Source of the DNA: Amoebidium appalachense
Taxonomy: Eukaryota; Protista; Ichthyosporea
Assembly: GCA_963693365.1 (NCBI GenBank)
Contig: CAVNZM010000011.1
Coordinates: forward strand, 5,537,921-5,601,920
DNA: 64,000 bases
Direction: 5' to 3'
In this document: positions 13,188-33,569 of the stretch, in pieces
Layout: each line of letters starts with the position of its first letter
Position numbering within the stretch: the stretch's first letter is position 1
Position numbers and translations under genes: made by a program
The notes under the pieces: model-generated
Databases searched by the model: none
The model's input: the letters and a program-made list of their open reading frames with translations, nothing else
What the model was told of the DNA's origin: nothing

Positions 13188-14909
13188 TGTTGGAGTGCAG
13201 ACTTACGCTCACTCCACAATATGTGTATGTTAGCTTTACAATTGGTTCCGTGTACACAGACACACGCTGACACTCGATCACCACATGCACATCTGCATAG
13301 TTGAGGAATGTTGCCAATTGTGTTTTGACTGCAAACGATTGGTTCACTGGTCCCAGAGATCTCTAAATGAAAGTAACCAATCCGATTAGCACCTGGCATC
13401 CGGATTACATTCCAGACTGCTGCCCCACGGGTATATAAGCCACGTCTCTGCCAGGTGCAGTCATGGAGTTAAGTCATGGAGTTCAGACATGGAGTTCAGT
13501 CATGGAGTTCAGTCATGGAGTTCAGTCATGGAGTTAACACACTGAAAGCAGTAAAAAACGGGTCAGCGCCCAAGCGCGCCACGACGACCCTAGTCACAGC
13601 GGACTCTACTTCCAACAGGGTTATGGGCCCAGACACGACACCGCGGCCTCTAACTTCACGTCCCCTACGACGGCAGACTTACGCTCACTCCACAATATGT
13701 GTATGTTAGCTTTACAATTGGTTCCGTGTACACAGACACACGCTGACACTCGATCACCACATGCACATCTGCATAGTTGAGGAATGTTGCCAATTGTGTT
13801 TTGACTGCAAACGATTGGTTCACTGGTCCCAGAGATCTCTAAATGAAAGTAACCAATCCGATTAGCACCTGGCATCCGGATTACATTCCAGACTGCTGCC
13901 CCACGGGTATATAAGCCACGTCTCTGCCAGGTGCAGACATGGAGTAAAGACATGGAGTTAAGTCATGGAGTTAAGTCATGGAGTTCAGTCATGGAGTTAA
14001 CACACTGAAAGCAGTAAAAAAAAACGGGTCAGCGCCCAAGCGCGCCACGACGACCCTAGTCACAGCGGACTCTACTTCCAACAGGGTTATGGGCCCAGAC
14101 ACGACACCGCGGCCTCTAACTTCACGTCCCCTACGACGCCTTGAACGGAGGAGCCCAGAAACCGACTTCTAGGCTGTACCCTACACCCGCGAGCGTATTT
14201 CCGTGAAGTAGAGACTTTCGCTTCCACAAACTCCATCCGCAGCAGCCTGCGACATCAACGTCAAGTATTCCACTTCATTGGCGGGGCACGCACCACAGTG
14301 GAATGCACACCCCGGTCTACCCTGCAAGCAGCCACACTCACTCTCTCTTCTCTACAGTGGTGTGTACACTTCTCCAATTGGGTAGGGGTGTTGGAGTGCA
14401 GACTTACGCTCACTCCACAATATGTGTATGTTAGCTTTACAATTGGTTCCGTGTACACAGACACACGCTGACACTCGATCACCACATGCACATCTGCATA
14501 GTTGAGGAATGTTGCCAATTGTGTTTTGACTGCAAACGATTGGTTCACTGGTCCCAGAGATCTCTAAATGAAAGTAACCAATCCGATTAGCACCTGGCAT
14601 CCGGATTACATTCCAGACTGCTGCCCCACGGGTATATAAGCCACGTCTCTGCCAGGTGCAGACATGGAGTTCAGACATGGAGTTCAGTCATGGAGTTAAG
14701 TCATGGAGTTAAGTCATGGAGTTCAGTCATGGAGTTCAGTCATGGAGTTCAGTCATGGAGTTCAGTCATGGAGTTCAGTCATGGAGTTAAGTCATGGAGT
14801 TAAGTCATGGAGTTCAGTCATGGAGTTAACACACTGAAAGCAGTAAAAAACGGGTCAGCGCCCAAGCGCGCCACGACGACCCTAGTCACAGCGGACTCTA
14901 CTTCCAACA
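13188..14909 (+). mobile_element. TRIM-like non-coding LTR element with three LTRs (13188-13617, ~13673-14083 5'-truncated, 14389-14909)
   Basis: TGTTGG...CCAACA termini; TSD CATCA (13183-13187 and 14910-14914); PBS GGGTTATGGGCCCAG after LTR1 and LTR2; PPT GGGTAGGGG; ~305-bp non-coding internal region. Absent from the otherwise near-identical Copia unit 2. Confidence 0.93.
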
Positions 14910-14913
14910 CATC

Positions 14914-15078
14914 AAACACATCGACGTTCAGTACCACTACACCCGTGAGTGTGTGGAGAATGGGGATGTAGAACTTGTGTATTGCAGCACGAACAGTAAC
15001 GTGGCCGACATGTGCACCAAAGCTTTAGGGAGACTTAAGTTAGTGCAGCATCGGCAGGCCATCGGCATGGCTGAGTAA
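14914..15078 (+). pseudogene. Copia RNase H C-terminal remnant, unit 1
   Basis: KHIDVQYHYTRECVENGDVELVYCSTNSNVADMCTKAL...* matches the Copia KHID / ADxxTKAL motifs. Confidence 0.9.
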
Positions 15079-15211
15079 GAACTACAATTAGTGTAGTGTT
15101 AATGTTCGTGTAGTAGGTGTTATATGTGTTAGTATAGTAGCATAGTTTTAGAGTTGCATCTTAGGTTTAGGTTGCATGCGGTAGATAGATAGAACACAGT
15201 GCAAGTGGGGG

Positions 15212-15516
15212 TGTCGAACAGGATAGCCATCCGGTATGCCCTGCGTTAGCGTAGCACTAGTGATCGGGAATATTCGAGATATTCGGGATAAACTGGTGGA
15301 TAGGTTCACGATAGATCAGGATAGATCTAGAGGAGTCTAGAAGATTCTGTTGGAGTGTTCTGATTGGTAGCGACTAGATCCATAGCGGCGGGTAGACCAA
15401 TCGGGAATAGTATGTAACATTCCAGTGAGCCAGACCACAAGTATATAAAGGTCCCGGTGGGCCAGTCAATGTAAGTCAGCAAATAATAAAGTCTCACAGA
15501 GAAACCTCTAAGTTAC
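15212..15516 (+). repeat. Copia shared middle LTR
   Basis: Matches 10219-10523; preceded by the PPT and followed by the PBS. Confidence 0.95.
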
Positions 15517-15564
15517 GGTTATGGGCCCAGTGCAACGCTACGATCAAGCGACTGTTGAGACAAG

Positions 15565-18343
15565 ATGGGAAGAGCAAAATGTCCAGTTCCCATGTATGAA
15601 GGAGAAGGCAAGGGCAAAATCTCCTACTCAATGTGGGCCATGCGCATGAAGTGCTTCCTCGAGGGCGAGGAATTATGGTACACGATTGAAGACGTGGCTC
15701 CTGAAGTGATACTATGAGAGGACGGCGAACTGGTGGAGCAACCTCCGGTGGAGATCGACCCCTTGGACCAGAAGAAGGCGACTTCCTACCTGGTCGAGAC
15801 ACTAGGTGATGTACCTGCAAGCCTGTGTCGGCGAGCTATTGCCGTAGGAAATCCCAAGGACATATGGGATACGGCAGCATCATACGCTGCGCGCAACACA
15901 GATGAGCACAAGAGAATGTTGATTCAACAGTTCTGGCGTGCTGATATGATGCCGACGGAAAGCGTGCTGGAGTATGCGGCCCGTCTGGAGTGCATTGTGC
16001 AGGATCTTCTTCATATCGACCCCAATGGAGTTAGTGAGGACATGGTTGCCGAGAAATTCCTGGACGGTGTAGGCGCTGACGACCGATTCCGCACCGACGT
16101 TAGGACCATTCAAGCTTTACCAGCAGCTGAGAAGACAATGGAAAAGATAATCGCCAAGCTGCGTGGTTTTGAGGAGAACGAGGCTGCAAGGGAGCAGCAG
16201 CGGGTGATGATGACCAGCACCCAAGGGCGCGGCGGTACGCCACGACAGGACACCGGCAAGCCGCGCGTGACTGACATATCCAAGGTGGAGTGTTACAAAT
16301 GTCACAAGTTTGGGCACTACAAGTCACAGTGTCCAAAGAAGAAGAAGGGCGGCAATCGCGGCGACAAGGCGAAGCAGAACGGAGCTTCCAAGGAGATACT
16401 CGCCATGGCGGTAAACAGCGGACTCCCTTCTTCAACTGAGTGGTATTGGGACTGCGGCGCAACCTCCCATGTCACATGCCGAAAGGACTGGATGGAAGAC
16501 TTCCGCTCGATCACACCCAAACCCGTCGCTCTGGGTAACCCCCCGGGTGTGATGGCGCTAGGAATAGGCGTCGTAAGATTAACAAGTGAGTTCCAGGGCA
16601 ACAGCATGACATTTAGACTGCAGAATGTGCTGTACGTGCCAGCATTTGGAACTAACGTGATGTCGGCTTCAAGCGCCGGCAAGCACGGGTTAAGAGGCAT
16701 CACCGACGGTCGACAGTGTACGATTGAGAGTGCCACAGATGGCCAAGTTGTGGCCCGTGGGGTAGTGGAGGGAGGCCTGTATCGTCTCCTAGTGAAACCC
16801 GTATGTGAGAGCGTGAACATGGTGACCACTGCAGTCGGCAGCAGTGGGGGTAACACCGTGTGTGAGCCGGTAAAGGGCAGCGCCAGTTTATGGCACCGCG
16901 GTTTGGTCATGTGGCAATAAACACGCTACAGAAGATGGTTAAAGAAAACATCGTCGAGGGTCTGTGCATCGACTGCAAACCCCAGGATGACGGTGTGTGC
17001 GAGGGATGCGCGAGAGGGAAGCAAGCCCGGCTCTCTTTCAGTAAGCTACCCCGCAAGACAGCGCCAGCGAAGCTCGACAGAGTTCATTCTGATGTGGCAG
17101 GACCGTTCAACAAGGAGTCGCTGCAAGGTTCCAAGTATTATGTCACCTTCATCGACGACAAGACAAGGTTCACTACGGTGTACTTCATGAAACATAAATC
17201 CCAAGTGCATACTTACTTCAAGAAGTACAAGGCACACGTAGAGAAGCAACACGGTGCCAGCATCAAGATTCTGCGTTCCGACAACGGGGGTGAGTACACC
17301 TCCACTGAGTTCAAGTCGTTCCTGGAAGCATGCGGCATTGAACATGAGGCGACAGTCCCTTACACACCAGAGCAGAATGGTGTAGCAGAGAGGGCTAACA
17401 GGACCATTGTCGAGACGGCGCGCTGCATGCTGCAGTCAGCAGGCATGAGTATGGGGTTCTGGCAGCTGGCAGTACAGGCAGCTGTGTACATCAAGAACCT
17501 GACGCCAACCACAGTACTGGGTGGCATGACACCTTGGGAGGCATGGTATGGAGAGAAGCCCGATGTTAGCCATCTACGTGTATTTGGTAGCAAGGCATTT
17601 GTCCATGTGCCGAAGGACGAGCGCAGGAAGCTAGACGCCAAGAGTCGGGAGTGTAAATTCGTCGGCTACACAGGTGACAGCAAGACGTACTTGTTGTGGG
17701 ACACCGAGGCGCGCAAGACTATCGTCGGGCGAGATGTGGTGATCGATGAATCATGCACCCCAAAGGCCGGTATTCCGGTGGTGCAAGATGAGCCAATGGA
17801 ATTGCTGATGCATAAGCCAATCGGAAATCAGCAGAGCATGGAATCGAGGAATCCAATCAGCGTCAAGAAGCAACATTCCTTTCGGAAGCCTGCAATCGGC
17901 ACTGACAGTGGATATGATTCAGATGCTATCGGCGACGGCGCGGGCGAGGACAGCGGCGATTCGGACGCGGCAGGGTCAGGAGACGAGGAAGATAGTGCAG
18001 AGTTGCAGGTTGCAACCAGAAGTGCCTATCCGTCCATGACTACAAGGCGCGGTGGGACCTACGGCATCAACGCAGGTGTAGTAGAGTACCGCGACAGTAT
18101 CAGCATGGCAATTGAGAGTGCTGATAGCAATGAGGATGACCCTGTGACACTGGAAGAAGCAATCTCCAGGCCAGCATCAAACACATCGACGTTCAGTACC
18201 ACTACACCCGTGAGTGTGTGGAGAATGGGGATGTAGAACTTGTGTATTGCAGCACGAACAGTAACGTGGCCGACATGTGCACCAAAGCTTTAGGGAGACT
18301 TAAGTTAGTGCAGCATCGGCAGGCCATCGGCATGGCTGAGTAA
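15565..18343 (+). pseudogene. Copia gag-PR-INT, unit 2, joined out of frame to the RNase H remnant (18179-18343)
   Basis: Near-identical to unit 1, with the same TGA (15715-15717) and a 1-bp deletion near 16898. No RT motifs (no YVDD) between integrase and KHID. Confidence 0.92.
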
Positions 18344-18476
18344 GAACTACAATTAGTGTAGTGTTAATGTTCGTGTAGTAGGTGTTATATGTGTTAGTAT
18401 AGTAGCATAGTTTTAGAGTTGCATCTTAGGTTTAGGTTGCATGCGGTAGATAGATAGAACACAGTGCAAGTGGGGG

Positions 18477-18782
18477 TGTCGAACAGGATAGCCATCCGGT
18501 ATGCCCTGCGTTAGCGTAGCACTAGTGATCGGGAATATTCGAGATATTCGGGATAAACTGGTGGATAGGTTCACGATAGATCAGGATAGATCTAGAGGAG
18601 TCTAGAAGATTCTGTTGGAGTGTTCTGATTGGTAGCGACTAGATCCATAGCGGCGGGTAGACCAATCGGGAATAGTATGTAACATTCCAGTGAGCCAGAC
18701 CACAAGTATATAAAGGTCCCGGTGGGCCAGTCAATGTAAGTCAGCAAATAATAAAGTCTCACAGAGAAACCTCTAAGTTACA
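18477..18782 (+). repeat. Copia 3' LTR
   Basis: TG...TTACA followed by the TSD TAGAC. Confidence 0.95.
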
Positions 18783-18827
18783 TAGACTACGTATGGTCCG
18801 CATGCTCTAACTAACCCCCTCCCCTAA

Positions 18828-20659
18828 TCAAAACTGCAGCGTGCCCTCCGGTGCAGCCCACCCAATGGGGTAGCTGCGTACACTACCGTCTGCCGCCTCA
18901 AACACCCCCCTCTTGTCGAAGGCACCCGACTGTGTCTTGCGCTGGTCCTTGCTGGCCAGGTGGTAGTTGTGGGGGACCCCGGGCACGGGTTCACGGAGCA
19001 GCCGGTGGTTGGTGACGCTCACACTCGGCAGCTCGCCGTGCACCAGCCTACAGAGGTTGGGCATGTTGACGGTGTCGGCTGCACGGCGGGAGAGGGTGAT
19101 GCCCTTGACCTTGACGTCGGTCTTGCCGTCCTGGGTGCGGTAGGCATACGTCTTGGGGGCCACCCCCACGAACTCGACGATGGGGGTGGTGGTCTCGTTC
19201 TTCCAGTTGCCCAGCAGGTCGCCGTTGGTGGAGTCGATGTTGTGGCGGAGGTGGGGCACCCTGCTGTCGTAGTGGTACACGATGGAGTCGGTGTCCATGT
19301 ACACCACCTGCTGGGGGGACAGGGACCGGAGGGCCCCGTAGAGCACGGTGCAGCCGGGCATGTGCCGTGACGTACGTGCCAATGGCAATGTTGGCATAGG
19401 AGGGGGGTGGGGCCGTCTCCTTCTTGGGCCGGTACTTGATGGCCACCCTCTGCTCGCCGATGGGCTCGACGTCGAGCACCAGGAGGTTGGGGTTGGTCAC
19501 CAGCAGCCTCAGCCGGTCGACGTTGTCGACAAACTCGATGGTGTCCAGCCCCGCCCTCTGCACCAACTTGCCCCAGAGGCTGTTCAGAAACAGCTTGCTG
19601 ATGGTACGCAGGGCCGGGTTGGGGTCAAACTCGTCGGCGGTCACCGTAATGCCGTAGTGCTCCTTGAACAGGTGCACGAGGGCAGGAATGTCGGCCGGGT
19701 CGACGGTGGTGCTGGTGAGCTTCACCTTCAGGAACGTCTGCACGTACTTCCGGAAGAGGTTCTTGGTGCGTTTCTTGAAGTGCACCACGTCGTACACGTC
19801 GAGTATGGTGTACCCGTCACGCACGGCCACCTTCAACTCCTCCGTCGTCCACGTGCCCACCAGCGCCCTCTCCTCGTCCGTGTGTGTGCACAGTGTGTGC
19901 TCACGTACCCTGGGGTTGCCGTCCTCGTCCATGCAGGTGGCCCGAGCCTCCTCCTTGCTGCTGCAGGCCCTGCACAGCACAAAGCCCAGCTTGTCGTACC
20001 CCTGGGCACCCGTCATTCGCACCGGCAGCACCGGAATGAAGAGGTCCTTGGGGGGCAGCACCCTCACACGTGCAACACCAAAGTACCCCTTGGTCCTGGC
20101 CTGGGGGGAGCCGGGAGCCATACGGCACGTCTTGTCGAGCCTCTCCTTGAGCACCTGGGGGTCGGTGGCACCCCTGCAGGCCGTGGGTGCACGTGTCCAG
20201 CCGGCACCAGAACACGTTGTCGCAGAAGGAATGACGGTCTCTGCCAACCCCTGCCCCTGAGCCCTTGAGCTTGGTGCTGTGGTTGGCCATGCATTTGGTC
20301 GACGGGAAGAGGCCACAGCAGTCGTCACAACGGTAAGGCCATGCCTCCTCCCCTGCCCGTGCAAGCTGCAGACGGCGCTCGGGGGTCCACACACAGGCGT
20401 TGGCCTGGTCGTTGCGGTCCCCCTTTGACCCACAGTTGTCGCACTGGTTCACACAGCGGTGTTTCCCCATGTTCTTGCTCTGCACGGTCTGGTTGCAGTG
20501 GTAGCAGGTGCTGAGATTCCGTCGTGCCTCCCCCGTGTGGTTGCTTTGTCGTAGGCGCTCGATGGCCGTGCTGACACTGGAGGTGATGGCCGTGAAGTGG
20601 CCCAGCTTCTGGGAGTGGGCCAAGTACATGGTGCACAGCTTGGAGGGGGGCAGGGCCGT
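18828..20659 (-). pseudogene. Protein-primed family B DNA polymerase (Polinton/Maverick/adintovirus type), frameshifted, internally deleted, 5'-truncated
   Basis: PPKDLFIPVLPVR, GTWTTEELKVAV.DGY, KLFLNSLWGK, YVTAHAR, VYMDTDSIVY, GNWKNE, APKTYAY, KVKGITL. The Cys-rich N-terminal region is present, but no exonuclease or DxxSLYP motifs are seen. Intronless and GC-rich. Confidence 0.92.
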
Positions 20660-21199
20660 CATCAGCAATCTTGCGCGAACATCCAAAACATATCAAACCC
20701 ATCTAGGATATGCAACTGTATATTAATGGATAGCGTTTGGATATCCACACGATATGTAGGATGGTTTCAGTCGAACATATCAATACCATCCACTGGATAT
20801 ATACAACATGTCTATTTCCTCCTGACCTCCAACCAATGTCCAATATATATGTAGTTGCATGCTTAGATAGTGATCAAGATATTGCACCCCCAATAGATAT
20901 CACATATGGATATCCATGCTGTACCTCCATTGGGCATCGTTGTGATATCACATATCTGGATATGCAATCAATGCATATATGGATACATAAGTGCACCTAT
21001 AATGGCCATTAAATACACATTAGATGCATATGAATGCTGACATCAAACGCCACCTGGTTGGTTTGGCATGTATTGGATATTAGACAGATGCCCACAATGG
21101 ATATCGACGCTGGATATCCAATGATGGAATTTCAACTGCATTCCTCCGTTGGATAGCTATATGGATATGTAACATTCTGGATATCCATTTGGATGCTTA

Positions 21200-28924
<7,725 letters not shown>

Positions 28925-29080
28925 TGCGACATGCCATTAGTGAGGTCACGGTGGGTTCAACTTTGGATTTTAATATTGTTGTGGTTCCCTAGTGGGTTCA
29001 TGATATTTTCAGCAGCTGTGCATGTACTACCTACTAGTACTAGTAGTCTACAGGTGGTGGTCGTTGAGGGGGGGAGGGGT

Positions 29081-29141
<61 letters not shown>

Positions 29142-29303
29142 TTGGGAGGGGGGGGGGGGGGGGCGTGTTGTGGGGGTAGGGAAGGTTGTTTGCACGCGTG
29201 TGCGTGTGTGTGTGCCACAGTGCTTGCCAGGCTGTCTGCCCGTGTGTGTGTGTCTGTGCATCATGATCATTGCACTGCATGTGCAAAATCTTCATGCTTT
29301 GTA

Positions 29304-30213
29304 CTAATCATGATGCTCATTGGAGACGAGTTGAGTAAACATCTGTTCAAGGAAGTTGGAAGCCTCGGTGTAGGCCTCCTCTGTGTCATAGCCGTGCCAC
29401 TCATTCTCGTCGGAAGGGTCGACCCACCCGGGGGCCTTGATGACGGGCACTAACTTGGCCGCGGTGGTGGTACGTAGGTACCGGAAGATGACGGGTTCCC
29501 ACTCATAATAGGTGAGACGTTTGCCGGACTTCTTGTCTGTGGTGTCATCCCCTTTCCAGGGGGTGAGGTTGAGATACGCAGGTTTCTCCGACATGGTGAT
29601 CAATCAGTCAGATGATGCGTGAGAGAGGAATCAGATCGGTATTCAAATTTGAATATTTTTGATTGCAGCGAGAGTATGTGTTGCGAGAGCGTGCGAAAAT
29701 GAACCTTTAACCTGTTGTTTTGTACGGGTCTAAGGGAGCAGAGTGCACAGAGGTGTCATGTAAAACACGACTAACACATTAATGAGAGGGCAATCGGAGT
29801 TGTTCACGAGACATTGAAAGATTTCAAACAACAACTGATTCTTTATTGTGCTCTCGGTTCCTTTTGTACTTGCGACTTATCACCTTATCACAACTAAAGA
29901 GGGAGAACCAATCGGTTCTATCAGAAGATAGAAAAACACATTCCGACAGAGCATACGCATTCCAACTTCCGATTAAACTAAAGTTTAGAAACTCTTACTT
30001 AAATAAATTAAGTAATTATACATCTAGTCACTATTAACTCACATATATATTTATGTTCGTCTCTATAAAGAAACTTATTTAAATACATATATTTCCTAAT
30101 AGTCGACACTCTCAAAGTGAAGACACTTTGCAATAAACCGAATTCCATATATATCTATTGTCCAATCACAACACACATATATTAATAGACAGGAATGCAC
30201 AACACAATCTACA
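29304..30213 (-). mobile_element. Possible truncated LTR retrotransposon: LTR-like 30213-29759 plus a gag-like N-terminal ORF 29594-29304
   Basis: TGTAG...TTACA-bounded AT-rich segment, then an ORF with WKGD...YYEWEPVIFRYL, loosely resembling Copia gag N-termini. No canonical PBS and no partner LTR. Confidence 0.4.
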
Positions 30214-30440
30214 GATGTACTCGCTCGCGACTATTGGCGAGCCATCCTTTTGAGAACAAAACTAGGCCATTTTGAAATAAAGGAAAGACAACGAGCGAGG
30301 CTAGCCAATCACGCTACCTCTCAGATAAACAGAGGAGAGCAAACAGAAATAAAATACAATAAGTTCTTATCAGGCAAGAGAGCCAGGTGTGCACAGATCT
30401 ACAGATATCTGTGCCCACAGAAACAAGGGAGAGAGAGATA

Positions 30441-30474
<34 letters not shown>

Positions 30475-32620
30475 GAGAGAGAGAGAGAGAGGGAGAGAGA
30501 GGGAGAGAGAGAGAGAGAGAGAGAGAGCACAAAGAAGGAAAGCAGACACGAATACAAACAAGCTAGGACACATACATACTTCAAGGCTCTTGCTGTCATA
30601 CATGGTGACGTATTCCAACACGGACCGACGAGGAATTTGCAGCACGTGGTCGCTTTTACATATGCATTTCAAGCATGTTTAATGCACTAACATATTCTCG
30701 CTGTATATCCAACGCGTATCCTGTGCGTCTACGTGGCTCGCACAAGTAAACATGGGCAACCCCAAACGCAAACAGTCAAAGAGTCCCAAGAAAACGAAAA
30801 GCCCAAAGAAAAAGGCGGGGGAAACCCGTTAAGGTAGAGGCGCCCAGGGCCGCCGGTTCGAGGGGGGGCTGACGCCCTTGGGCGGCGGCGGCAAGAAGTT
30901 GCAGGGGGCCACCAAGCAGGCTGGTAGCGGAGCCAACACACGCAGCGAGGCAGAGAAGAGAGCTGCTGTTATCCTTGAGACGGTGACCAAGGAAACAGTC
31001 CCCGCGGCCTTGCGCGTACTGTCTTGCGCCAAAAAGGGTGGGTTTATTGTGTGAGCTTGCACGCATATAAGCCCCCGCATATCCCTCGACCGGTCAGTTT
31101 CACTTCTGCGTCCTTTTTCATTAAGCAAGCATTCTTTCACACAGCACTCACCATCACGTACTTTGTTAAAAAGATGTTCACACACAACCATGGGTTTATG
31201 TGAAAAAGCTTTACAGGCCCTCAGCGCCTTGCACGAAGCAGAAGCGAAAGGGTTGGGGGCAGTCTTGTTAACGAACTTTGCGTCGCCCATTCCCTTTGGT
31301 GACATCATGAAGTTTGTTCCTGCGCGCACTATACAGAAAAACGTCACTAGACATACAGTTAGGGCTGTTTCAGAAACATGGGGGCAACTAGTGAAAAAGC
31401 CGGTTAAGGAGGGATACGAAGTGTTGGATGGGGCAGCGTAGCACCAAATAGTCGTATTCGCCGGAAGGCTCCGAGTAGGTGCGTAGGCGCCGGGATAAAA
31501 GGCTGGATCTATTGCCGGAGGGGCTTGGTTCTGGTATGTGATCGGATAGAGGAGGGTAACAGAAAAACTTTGTCCCGATCGCCTCATGCGACGCCTGTTG
31601 GAATGAGCAGCCCGCAGATATAGGAAAATGAAATGATGATTTCGAGCAAATAAAATCATTCGATCTTGTTTGATTGCTCACGCTGCAAGTTTGGCAGTTT
31701 TTGAATGTGCGCTTTTTTTTACATACAATATTCACACTGTATTTACACTTATACGCTCACTATAAACTTACGTATACGTACATGTACACAGGATATGTAC
31801 ATCTGCTAGCTAGTCGCTAGCTTCCTAGCATAATATTATATAAATTTTCGCTGAGCTTATTATATTTTTCTTTGGACATACTGTGCTGCACGTTTTTACT
31901 GAACGATATTGATGTTTAGGGTTTGTTTTCTATTCATTTTCATGTCAAAGATGTCACTCAAACAACATGTTTTGCTCACTAAAGTGTTCGAAATGCCCTC
32001 CTCCCGTAGTATGCTTGGTGTTCCTTATGTGTGCTACTTGTATAAATGACATAGGTTGGACTTAAACAGTTTATGCGTTTAAGTATCAGTATAACTATAT
32101 AACAGCAAGAGTTAATTGGATAAATCCCTGTTCTGCTTTCTGCTATGTTGCCGTCAAGTATTATCAAATAGAAGGCCCACATTGTGGGCTTGATAAAAAA
32201 GAACAGAAAGGAAAAGAATAGAGGCTGGAGGGGGAAAAACAAAAGAAAACAGAGAAGCAGAAGGCTTTGTTGAAAATAACCTTTTAATAAAAAAAAAAAA
32301 CAGTGTTGCATTCGAGCCACATTCACGCAGGTATACTGTGCCAAGGTTCCCATGGCCTTGTGCACATGGTTCGTGCATCATGCCGAAGCCCATGGCGTCC
32401 TGGTATTTAATGCCACGTTTTCTCGAACGTGCCTCAGTTGTGCCACTTAGAGTCACGCCGAACTTCCAACAAAATACAACCGAGTCCTTTCCCGTGCGCT
32501 TGTTGGGTACTAGAAAGTGTCTCGCAGCTTATAACCTGCTTTTCTCACCTGTTTTCTTCTAGGATCTCCTTTCCCAAATATTTTTGACACTCGCAACCAT
32601 GTGTCTGGCTTGTGTGTGTG

Positions 32621-32684
<64 letters not shown>

Positions 32685-33216
32685 TGTGTGTGTGCATGTG
32701 TGTGTGTGCGTGTGTGTGCGTGTGTGTGTGTATGTGTGTGTGCGTGTGAGTGTGCGTGCGTGTGTGTGCGCGTGTGTGTGTGTGTGTGTATGTTTTTTCG
32801 CGCGTGTGTGTTTGTGTGCGTGTGTGTGTGCGTGTGTGTGTTTTTGTGTGTGTGTGTGTGTGTGCGTGTTTATGTGTTTGCGTGCGTGTGTCAGGGTGCA
32901 CATGTGTGTATGTAACGTGTGCATGTGTGTGTGTTGTGTGTGTGTGTGTGTCACGTGTGTGTGTTGCAAGCGCATCGCGTGTGTGCAGGGTGAGCAGTGG
33001 GTGTGCTTGTGTGTTTGTACATGTGTGTGTTTGTGTGTGTGTGTGACACTAGTAAGTGAGTGTGTGTTTGTGTGTGTGTGTGACACTAGTAAGTGAGTGT
33101 ACACGGTGTAGTTGTGCGTGTCTGCACGGTGTCACAAGTTGTGTATGTTGTTGCTTGTGTCTGCCTCGTTGTGTGTGCGTGCAAGTGTGAGGTACTTTCT
33201 TGAGTGAAATTTTCCA

Positions 33217-33253
<37 letters not shown>

Positions 33254-33528
33254 GTGTCACAAACACAAATGCACACACACACACACACACACACACACGG
33301 CACACGTGCGCCCCGCATGCCCAAAAATGCTGGCGAATCGAGACTTGCGTCTGGGTCCCCCCCCCCCCCCCCCTCCCATTCCCTCATCTGCATAGAGCCT
33401 CGTATTTCGCGCACCCCACACACGCAAGGAATGGTGTGGTGTCCAGTTGATTAAAGGTGCTTCCGGTTGATGGCTCTTTTAAGTCCCCCCCCACCCCCCC
33501 CCCCCCCCCACCCCCCACCCCCGCGACT

Positions 33529-33569
<41 letters not shown>

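Larger units (their letters stand above)
10219..18782 (+). mobile_element. Ty1/Copia LTR retrotransposon, tandem LTR-int-LTR-int-LTR, RT-deleted (non-autonomous)
   Basis: Three ~305-bp LTRs; 5-bp TSD TAGAC (10214-10218 and 18783-18787); PBS GGTTATGGGCCCAG; PPT AAGTGGGGG; gag-PR-INT order. Confidence 0.97.

Noticed and set aside
30752-31659. 276-aa minus ORF, and a broken plus-strand frame starting MGNPKRKQSKSPKK
   Set aside because: The coding strand is ambiguous and no domain was recognised.
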